Below are positions 1 through 8,085 of a stretch of 39,495 nt of DNA, in pieces. The position numbers were made by a program, and so were the translations under genes. Source of the DNA: Craspedostauros australis (Eukaryota); the NCBI GenBank assembly GCA_030167865.1, contig JALAGF010003375.1:1-39495 (forward strand), given 5' to 3'. Under the pieces are notes generated by a model. The model ran no database searches and was not told the origin of the DNA. It saw only the letters and a program-made list of their open reading frames with translations. The first letter of the stretch is position 1. Each line of letters starts with the position of its first letter.

Positions 1-3000
1 CCTTGGCGAATGATTGCCACAACTCGTAGTATGCGCATGCCTTGGGATAGTATTCCCGTGCTACTTCAGAACGTCCGACCCGCACACAGAAGTCGCCGAG
101 CAACTCACATGCAAGACCTGCGTCCTGATGATGCATCGCCTGCGCACTGAGCTTGATGGCGATATCATACGCCCGGATGGCTTTCTCGATCTTGACATTG
201 TTGCTGTCGCTGATGCTGCTCGTCTTTCGAGTCCCTCCCTTTGTTGCTGCCCGTACTATTGCTTCTGTCTTCAGCCCCAGTAGCTCTGCTTCCAGACACA
301 AGAATCGATGAATGCCATTGAGCCCGCGGGACATGCTCTTGCGTTTCATTATTTGGATGCGTTCCTTCAATTCCTTCTTGTACTTGCTCTCCTTGGTCAT
401 GCGGTACATCCCTGCGCAGGCGATGCCCGCAAAGTAACCACGTGCGCAAACCATCAAGTACGATTGATCCAATGGCGTGATTTCGATGGCCTTCTTGATG
501 AGCAGGTATGCACTGTGGTAGCTTCGAAAGTACATGCAGAGCTGCGCATTCGTGTCGAGCTCGAACATGATTTGGTGGTTTTCTGACGTATTCATATCCT
601 TGATGCTGGCCGGCATGCGCGCAACGACCTCCTCAACCTCCCCCCAATCCAGCGGCTTTTCACCGACAAGGGTCTTGTAGAAGTCAATGCATGCCATTGA
701 TGTTGCCGTGACGAATTCCATGTTGTACATCTGCGCGCTATCACGGATGTTCTCGAAGGAGACGATCAGCGGCTTCAATGGAAAACCGGAGAAGTACGAG
801 TATATGATCCCCAGCTCCCAATTCATGAATCCCGATTCGAAGTCACCGACCTCCATTGCGCCGCGACACCCACGCTGAAAGACGTCGATCATCTTGTCAT
901 AATCAGCTGAGAATGGATGTATCCTATGAGCCGCTGTGAGGTTTAGCCATCCACGGAGAGACTTCCCATCGGTGCATCTCAATATCTGTGCACCCAGATC
1001 CAAGTACCGTTCTGCAGCGAGCTGGTCGGAAAATACATCACCGAAGATGCATCCCAAGTTCAAGAGAGGCAGCGATGAGTACTTGCTCAGACCGTGCTTG
1101 ATAGTCATCCTCAACGACTTGAGTATGAATAGGATTGCCTCCAATGACTGTCTGCAGTACGCAGCTCTCAACGTTCCTTGGTGGAGAAATTTCATGGCCA
1201 TGATCTTCTTTGGGTTGGTCATCAATGGTAGCTGCATGAATTCACTGTTGGATGTCCTCTCGAAGTACCGTCTGATGTATAGGAGGTCCGTCATCGCTGT
1301 GGCAACCCAGAATCGCTTGGGCAGCGCTTTGGAAGATTGGAGGATGTCCACGATCATAGTCAGGGATTGCTTGTGGAGGTTCTGACGGCCCAGCGCATCT
1401 GCCAGATTGTATTGTGTTGAGAGCTTGTCATCCGTTGTCTTGGCCTTGTCAAGGACGACGTTTGCCAGCGAGGTCCCGACAGAGTAGTTCCCCAAGGCAA
1501 GCTCAATCTCGGCCCGTTGCACGTGCAGGCACAGGGTGAGATCGTAGTCCTCATGCCATGGACTTTGGGCGGATTCGATCCTCTCCAGCTCATCGAAGGC
1601 AATTTGGAAGTACTTGGAAGCCGTTGGCAGCGCCGAGATTTGCTGCGCTCGTGAACCAACGGTATGGTTCAGCTTGGCCATGTACCATCGATCCTTCTTC
1701 ATCTGGACGGAATTGAGATGATCAGCTGCGCAGAAATAGAACCAGTCTGGTATGCCATTTTGCTCGGAGAAGGGTTGCTGCGCTGCGCTGATCTCGTCCG
1801 TGTTATCCTTGCCAGTATCGTCCTCCGATTCACCGCCTCGCTCGTGTGCAAGGATGATATCGTACAGAATCGTCCCAATGCGATAGCGCAGCATGGTCCT
1901 TTGCTGACCTTCGGGAACGATAGACTGTGCGCCCTGCTGGATGCGATCGTGCACGAATCGGTACGTCTGCTCTCCGATGGAGTTGGCCAACAGGCCTTCC
2001 AGGACTGCGTCCTCCAGCAACTCCGTCAATGCTTGCAGAGTGAAATTGGAAGGGGTGAGCTGCGCATCATCGTTGCTATCGCTGCCACCGCTGTCCTTGC
2101 CGAACATGATGTCGGCGTTGCGGTTTTCTGCAAGCTTCTGGAGTAGCATGTGCAGCACATCGATATCGAACATCGTCTGCGTGTAGGATGCGACACAGAG
2201 GACGTATCTGAATCGATGGCTTGGGTATGACTCGATCTTTGCCTGCACAGCCTCCACTGCGGTGTTGGAAAGAGACTGGGCGATGGTCGTTGTGGTCGCG
2301 TCGTTCCATTCCCAGTATCCTCCGTGTTGGGAGTATTGGAGCACTTGTTTGCGTTCCAGTTCCTCCAGCGCCTGGCGCAGGAAGAAGATGTTTCCGTTCG
2401 TCTTCTGGTGCAGGATGGATGCAAAGTGACGGCAATCGTCATCCTTTTCATCATTTCGCTTTTCGCGTGGGGACATGGAGGGCGATGGAGCAGATGCGGG
2501 TGGATGTTGGCAGCGGTCACGCTTGAGTGTTCGCGATACCCATTGGTAGGTTTGCTCCTCTGTGAAGTTGTCAAGCTCGATGCGCGTGACTTGCCTCGTT
2601 TGTGCCATGTTTTGCAACACTGTGGATAGATGCGTCTGTTGGGACTTGGACGACGCCAGGCCCTCTGATCTGATCGTCCCAACGAACATGCAGGAATGAA
2701 TCATCGGATCCAAAGCGAGGCTTGCGAAGAGGTTCAAGCAGACTTCCGATCCCCACTGCAGATCATCGAAGAAGAGGATGAGCGGACGGTTGACGTCACA
2801 GATGACCTGGAAGAATGTGTGGATGAGGTATCTTGATCGATTCCACATGTTGCCCTGATCGCCGTTGCTGCCGTCACCTTCCTGATCGTTGCGACCATTG
2901 ACGACTGTGGATTTGTTGGTGTTGCCATGTCTCGAGGTCGTCGTACCATCGATATCAACGCCAATGCCAACGCCGCCATCAGTGCTGGCAGTGGTGTTTC

Positions 3001-3604
3001 CAAGAGTGCGGGATTTCCGGCTGGACGCAAGACTCATGAAGTCTCTGGACTCATCGTCTCTATCCAGCAACAACTGCTTGAGGCAGGGCAAGACCTTGCA
3101 GAGCTCTCTCCGTTCTGCCTTCGCGATGTGCTGCTGGATTCTTTGGCGCACGGCATCGCCTTCAATCTGCAGTATGTAGTTCTGAATGACCTGGTAGAGC
3201 GCGCCGAACGGGCTGTCTCCATGTGATTGGGATTGGAACTTGCCCTGGCAGAAGCAAATGTTGTGGTTGTAGTTCTTGGACCTCGAGTTCAATTTCGACT
3301 TCGACTTTGACTTTTCGTTGGACTTGGTCTTTGGGCCATGTAGCTGCAGCTCGTGGATGAACTGAAGCACGAGCGCCGACTTCCCCGTTCCGGAGGAGCC
3401 GGAGATCACGACGGCCGGGACTTGCGGCTTGGCAGCTTCCGCCGAGTTGCTCTGCCGTTCTTGCCGATAGCTTTGCTTCATCGCGTTGTAGACATCGTGC
3501 AGCTTCCGCAGCTCGGCCTCGCGGCCCATCCAAGCAGTGGTATCGATGCTCATCCTGTCATCACCCGGCTTCTCTGCATCTGTGGGAGACGTAGACGAAG
3601 ACAT
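1..3604 (-). CDS. STAND-class / AAA_16 P-loop ATPase with C-terminal helical (TPR-like) region, COG3899-like; 3'-partial (runs off window start)
   Basis: Not in the ORF track because no stop occurs inside the window (about 1201 open codons from ATG 3604). Manual translation gives WMGREAELRKL, Walker A VVISGSSGTGKS (GSSGTGKS at 3377-3400), CFCQGKF, Walker B PLILFFDDLQW (2753-2785), KTNGNIFFLRQAL, YRFVHDRIQQ (~1934-1963) and C-terminal AYDIAIKLSAQAMHHQDAGLACELLGDF...YYELWQSFAK. A short upstream exon (ATG 3982, GTATGT donor near 3930) is possible. Confidence 0.9.
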   Translation of the reverse strand, partial: MSSSTSPTDAEKPGDDRMSIDTTAWMGREAELRKLHDVYNAMKQSYRQERQSNSAEAAKPQVPAVVISGSSGTGKSALVLQFIHELQLHGPKTKSNEKSKSKSKLNSRSKNYNHNICFCQGKFQSQSHGDSPFGALYQVIQNYILQIEGDAVRQRIQQHIAKAERRELCKVLPCLKQLLLDRDDESRDFMSLASSRKSRTLGNTTASTDGGVGIGVDIDGTTTSRHGNTNKSTVVNGRNDQEGDGSNGDQGNMWNRSRYLIHTFFQVICDVNRPLILFFDDLQWGSEVCLNLFASLALDPMIHSCMFVGTIRSEGLASSKSQQTHLSTVLQNMAQTRQVTRIELDNFTEEQTYQWVSRTLKRDRCQHPPASAPSPSMSPREKRNDEKDDDCRHFASILHQKTNGNIFFLRQALEELERKQVLQYSQHGGYWEWNDATTTTIAQSLSNTAVEAVQAKIESYPSHRFRYVLCVASYTQTMFDIDVLHMLLQKLAENRNADIMFGKDSGGSDSNDDAQLTPSNFTLQALTELLEDAVLEGLLANSIGEQTYRFVHDRIQQGAQSIVPEGQQRTMLRYRIGTILYDIILAHERGGESEDDTGKDNTDEISAAQQPFSEQNGIPDWFYFCAADHLNSVQMKKDRWYMAKLNHTVGSRAQQISALPTASKYFQIAFDELERIESAQSPWHEDYDLTLCLHVQRAEIELALGNYSVGTSLANVVLDKAKTTDDKLSTQYNLADALGRQNLHKQSLTMIVDILQSSKALPKRFWVATAMTDLLYIRRYFERTSNSEFMQLPLMTNPKKIMAMKFLHQGTLRAAYCRQSLEAILFILKSLRMTIKHGLSKYSSLPLLNLGCIFGDVFSDQLAAERYLDLGAQILRCTDGKSLRGWLNLTAAHRIHPFSADYDKMIDVFQRGCRGAMEVGDFESGFMNWELGIIYSYFSGFPLKPLIVSFENIRDSAQMYNMEFVTATSMACIDFYKTLVGEKPLDWGEVEEVVARMPASIKDMNTSENHQIMFELDTNAQLCMYFRSYHSAYLLIKKAIEITPLDQSYLMVCARGYFAGIACAGMYRMTKESKYKKELKERIQIMKRKSMSRGLNGIHRFLCLEAELLGLKTEAIVRAATKGGTRKTSSISDSNNVKIEKAIRAYDIAIKLSAQAMHHQDAGLACELLGDFCVRVGRSEVAREYYPKACAYYELWQSFAK

Positions 3605-4838
3605 AGATGGAGAGATAGGGATAGGAGGCGAGCAACTGTGGTCGTGAGTGGCGGCTGCACTCCTCGTGGCAGGAGAATTGACGCCCGGAAGGTTTCCCTG
3701 GATCGTTGGGACGGATAGTGGGGGCGGTTTGGTTCCGCGGCAGTTCGCTGTCGTCAATAGATGCCGTGGAAGTTGTTTTTATGAATGAAAAGGAGAACGA
3801 ATCAGCAAATGAGTGAGCACATGCATGTACGGCGCGAACATCCTCTTTGGGTGACGTTTCTCTTTATGCTCCATGACAAGCGTTCGCAAACGATACTGGT
3901 GCATCAACAACCGCGACTGCTCGTACATACATAGTATCGCGCCCTGAATCTCGGCGGCGGCCAAGGGTACCGAAAGCATCATGCCTGGGCTCCTCTCTCA
4001 GCTGCTCTTGCGCCTCCACCCATCAACCTCCATTTGTTCCGGTGCACGACCTCCCAATACTGTTACTTTGGTCCATTCGACGAGAACGAGCTATTCATGT
4101 GGTTTTTGGAACCCGTTGTTCCGATGAAGTAACCATACTCAACAAGTCGACGCCCTTCGCCTCGCGCTATGAGTACTCACTCGTTTGTATTCCTATTCAG
4201 TTTGTGAGAAACGTGGTGGCGTTTGGATAGATTCGGCCGAGCGGTACCTGCGGCGCAAAAAGCGGAATTGCAACCGCGAAAGATTCGCTGCGATTCGATC
4301 GGTTAGGGGAGAGATGAGACAGGAACCAAACAGCCCAAGGAGGAATGGATGTGATCAAGAGACCGCCCCATGCGCTGAGTGGTGATAACCTGCGGATCAA
4401 CAATTGTGAACAGTGATGTTCCATGTTCTGTGAGTCTGTTACCATTTTTAGTCCCTGGAAGAGCCAAATCATCTCCCAACGTGGTGGTCGTGTTTCGGGT
4501 TCCGGTAATGGGATCAAACGGCGAACAATGACCCTTGTGTCGTGATTGTTCTGTTTGGACACGTTCGCAATTGGTCCCGCACAAAAAGTACTCCTGCGAT
4601 TTCACGATACCTTTCAAGACAGTAGTACCACGTGATTGAAACTAGCTTTAAACGCTGACTACAAACGAATTATTCACGATTGATCGTGACTGTTTCCACA
4701 CTCTCGTTGAATCGTGCTTTCGACAGTTTGCAACAAAGCAACACAAAGAAGAGTTCTGGGTGAAATCGACACGATCAGCACACAAAACGCAACAGCACAC
4801 CAAAGCAAACGAAAACAAAGAGAGCAAACGAAAGCACC

Positions 4839-5345
4839 ATGTCCAACCCAACCAACTTGGAGGCGACCTACGTCATCAACGCCGAGGACGACGCGTCGCT
4901 GCCCGTGGCCCAGGTGGTGTCCGTGGAGGCCGTGGGATACGCACCGACCTTGCCGACCACGGCATCGCAATTCTCGGAAGATGCCGAACGCCGTCGCGTT
5001 GCGGAGGCTCAGATGGAGGGATTGATCGCCGCGCAGCGTCAGCGCGCCGCAGTCCAGACGGGGTTGCGCCGTGCGCAGCAGCATCAAGATCGGGAAATGT
5101 TGGATACGCGCAGGGCCAACGAGGTGGCGCGGCGACGCGATCGGGAAGGGTTGCAGATCCGCAACGAGGGGCGCATGCAAGAGCAGGCCCAGAAGTTGAG
5201 CAGCGCGGCGACGGTCAGCAGCAGCACGAGCGCGGCTGCACCTGCGACAAGCACGAGCAGTGGCTATCAATGCAAGGAGTACCAGCCTGTGGAGTACTCG
5301 ACTTCTTCGTATGAAGTATCGGAGTACAAGAGCGTGTACGACTAG
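4839..5345 (+). CDS. Hypothetical protein (168 aa) with a central Arg/Gln-rich helical region and a Tyr-periodic C-terminus
   Basis: ATG follows a CA/A-rich leader, the ORF has coding-like composition, and an AT-rich 3' region follows. It ends GYQCKEYQPVEYSTSSYEVSEYKSVYD. Confidence 0.8.
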   Translation: MSNPTNLEATYVINAEDDASLPVAQVVSVEAVGYAPTLPTTASQFSEDAERRRVAEAQMEGLIAAQRQRAAVQTGLRRAQQHQDREMLDTRRANEVARRRDREGLQIRNEGRMQEQAQKLSSAATVSSSTSAAAPATSTSSGYQCKEYQPVEYSTSSYEVSEYKSVYD

Positions 5346-5460
5346 GTCATCGATGAATCGATCAATCATTCCACTGCATTCTAGTATTACATTCCACAAT
5401 TTCTAATATTTGTGTAGAGCACGTCACAATTCATGTCAAACCACATCACACTTACTGCAT

Positions 5461-7323
5461 TTATCGCCAACTAACGCGCAGTCGTTGCAAGAGCTGCTGC
5501 CATGTCGGTTTATCGTCGAGGAGGCGGTGCCAATCCAGGCCACAGAACTCCAACCGATCCCACAGCTTGACATCGAGCGTGCGCCGTCCTTCGTGCCAAC
5601 CGGGCACGAAGCGGTGCTCCTTCTTCTTCGTCATGTCCAGCAGCTGCATGAGTTGATCCGTGGTGGGACAGAGCAGCGGGAGATCGCGCTTCGTCATGCC
5701 GAGTTCCTTCTGATGATAGTGCATGAGATCTTGCGTGACGTTGTGTCGGGACATTGTGGTGTCCGGACCCAAGGATGGATCACGTTCTGCGAGTGCCTGC
5801 TTGGCGGCCTCAAAGACCAAGGTGCTGTAGATGGACAGATCTCCATTGGCCTTGTTTTCCTTCGCATGCAGAGACAGCTTGCCTTGCTTGACATGCCGGC
5901 ATGTGTGCGGCGCATTCCTGATGATCTTGCAAACGAACTGCGCCATGAGATTTGGATTGTGGGTTGCTGCATGTAGTTCCATCGGTGATTGCTGCTGTTG
6001 CTTCGCACCATGATCAGTACCGTCAGCATTTCCACGATCAGCATCTCCACGATCGTGGAGATTGAGAACCGATGGCACAAAGCCGCCCTGCTTCCACGTG
6101 CGGACGCTGGCATCGAGATACTTGTACGTTCCGGCCTGATCCCGTTTGGCCATCCACGGTCCGATGAGCGACCATGGTGCGCGCGGTGCCTTGCCACCTT
6201 CGTGCGGCCATCCATCAAACGACAGGTCCTTGCCTTCCATCATCTTGACGTTGTTCTCCTTGGCAGCGCTGAGTAACCATTCCGCATATCGCCGGTAGCC
6301 GACGACGACAATCACGTTCCAATCCTTGAGCAATGTCTGCAGGGTTTGGAAGTACTGGGGTTGGAGGTAGGGGCCGTTGTCTCCCCACATGGTCCTGTAG
6401 CTGTAGGATTCGTCGGAGAAGATGATGCTGGTTTGGTTGCGGCGCAGCTTCTCCAGAGACCGCACCAAGTCCCTCCAGCACGTGACGTTGGAATGGAAGA
6501 CGTGCGATGCATCTGCGACGAACTCCGTTTGGTTGTTTGTTAAGACTGTTGCGGTTGCGGATTGCGCGGATGCCATGTTGAGAGCATTCTGGAAGTACTG
6601 TTTGTAACAGCGGCCCTGCAGGAGAGGCTTGAGCTCTGGCTTGACGATGCCAACGTACCTGCCAACGTAGAGGTAGCTGTCCTTCTGCAGCTGATCCTTG
6701 AGGTGGACGAACTGCTTCTGGATGGTGGTGGTCGCCGTCTTGGATGGGCCGATGTGGATGACAATGCTGGGCTTGCGCGGATCGTAGGGCTGAGGTCGGT
6801 GGTAGCTGCGTTGATCCTGGTTGCGCTGAAATCGTCCGAGCGCTGCGGATGCCTCGTCAACGCTCCCATTCTGTTGGTTGGTTGCGATTGCAGACAAGCC
6901 ATGCTGATCAATATGCTGATCAATACCATGCTGATCAATACCATGCTGATCAATACCATGCTGATCAATACCATGCTGATCAATACCGCCATATATGCCA
7001 CCGCCACGAACTCCGGCAGACGCCAATCCCAACACGGAGTTGGCCGTAGTTGTGCTTGCGAAGGAATCCAGAGCTGTGCGAACAGGAACGAACGACGCTG
7101 CTGCATCGTCACGACCAAGCGAGGATTCGTGCCAATGATGAAGCCAGGTGAAGTGGAGAGCATGCAAGATGAGTCCCAACCACACGATGGCCCCAAGACA
7201 AGATCGTAGCAGTCTGGATCGTCTGCGTCTCTGCTGGTGTTCTTGCTGCTGCGTTGCTTGTGTGCTGAGTGAGGTTCCCCGCCTCATGCTTCGCCCATTG
7301 TGCCCCAGTTGCCCCCTGACCAT
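5461..7323 (-). CDS. Sulfotransferase-like P-loop protein, type II membrane topology (probably Golgi)
   Basis: Basic N-terminus (RRRRSR) then a hydrophobic segment LGAIVWLGLILHALHFTWL and a low-complexity stem. Contains a 5'-PSB-like motif IVIHIGPSKTATTTIQ (HIGPSKTATTTIQ at 6718-6756), IIFSDE and a 3'-PB-like IVVVGYRRYAEWLLS. First ATG is 7323; the track start at 7338 is TTG. Confidence 0.8.
   Translation of the reverse strand: MVRGQLGHNGRSMRRGTSLSTQATQQQEHQQRRRRSRLLRSCLGAIVWLGLILHALHFTWLHHWHESSLGRDDAAASFVPVRTALDSFASTTTANSVLGLASAGVRGGGIYGGIDQHGIDQHGIDQHGIDQHGIDQHIDQHGLSAIATNQQNGSVDEASAALGRFQRNQDQRSYHRPQPYDPRKPSIVIHIGPSKTATTTIQKQFVHLKDQLQKDSYLYVGRYVGIVKPELKPLLQGRCYKQYFQNALNMASAQSATATVLTNNQTEFVADASHVFHSNVTCWRDLVRSLEKLRRNQTSIIFSDESYSYRTMWGDNGPYLQPQYFQTLQTLLKDWNVIVVVGYRRYAEWLLSAAKENNVKMMEGKDLSFDGWPHEGGKAPRAPWSLIGPWMAKRDQAGTYKYLDASVRTWKQGGFVPSVLNLHDRGDADRGNADGTDHGAKQQQQSPMELHAATHNPNLMAQFVCKIIRNAPHTCRHVKQGKLSLHAKENKANGDLSIYSTLVFEAAKQALAERDPSLGPDTTMSRHNVTQDLMHYHQKELGMTKRDLPLLCPTTDQLMQLLDMTKKKEHRFVPGWHEGRRTLDVKLWDRLEFCGLDWHRLLDDKPTWQQLLQRLRVSWR
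6901..6987. repeat. In-frame 15-bp tandem repeat ATGCTGATCAATACC x5 plus one 12-bp truncated unit, encoding (GIDQH)5-IDQH
   Basis: Perfect units start at 6913, 6928, 6943, 6958 and 6973; a partial unit lies at 6901-6912. Confidence 0.97.
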
Positions 7324-8085
7324 CGCATCGTGCACCAAGAGTTATAGAGTATAGTAATGCGCGTCCGGGTGCAGCCCCAAACCAGAGCATGAGCATCCAT
7401 CACCATTGTCGACAACTTCTTGATGTCGTTCTTGGTGTTCTTGTCAACTCGGACACTGGGAATAGGGAGTTGCGGCATTATCAAATTACCTCATTATTCC
7501 TCGAATACCGTTTTGGTTGAAGAACTTTCTCTCGCGCTGTTTCGTCGATTTGAACCAGATCGCCGTTAATTCATCATAGTGGAGCATGTCCTTCGAGACA
7601 GCCAACTTTGTCAAATCGTCAAGGATCGGAGGGAAAGTCCAGCGAAAGCAGGCACAACGCGTTGGCATTTCTGCAACCAAAGCGCTGACAACAACGCGAA
7701 TCGACGATCGAGGATCCACCACAAATCTGGCGACGCCAGAGTTCTTGGCATCGCCCCTCCACGAACCAAACACTCCAGCAAGACATCCGCGCTGATCTCT
7801 TTGCTCTCTCTTCTTGGGTGACTTGGCACGAAGCGATTGGATCCAGAACGCCCAGGCGGCACTGTTTGACAATCATCGTCCGCACCCCTGACTCGTGCAG
7901 CACAAATAACTTGGATTGTTTCAGACGAGCACGATTGCGAACAGCGGAAGATTGATCAGGTCGTGCCGATCGAGTGCCACAGCATCACAAGGCATCACAG
8001 GCCATCACAAGGCATCACAAACTCACAACACCCCACACACACACCTCACAGCTGCTCGTCCGTACCTGCAGATCAGAATCACAGC

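Noticed and set aside
14-3718. Many short ORF-track entries over 1-3.7 kb, initially suggestive of a fragmented pseudogene or retroelement
   Set aside because: They are alternative-frame or antisense shadows of one intact long minus-strand ATPase frame.
6901-6987. Repeat array as a possible CRISPR
   Set aside because: No spacers, 15-bp units, in frame within a eukaryotic CDS.
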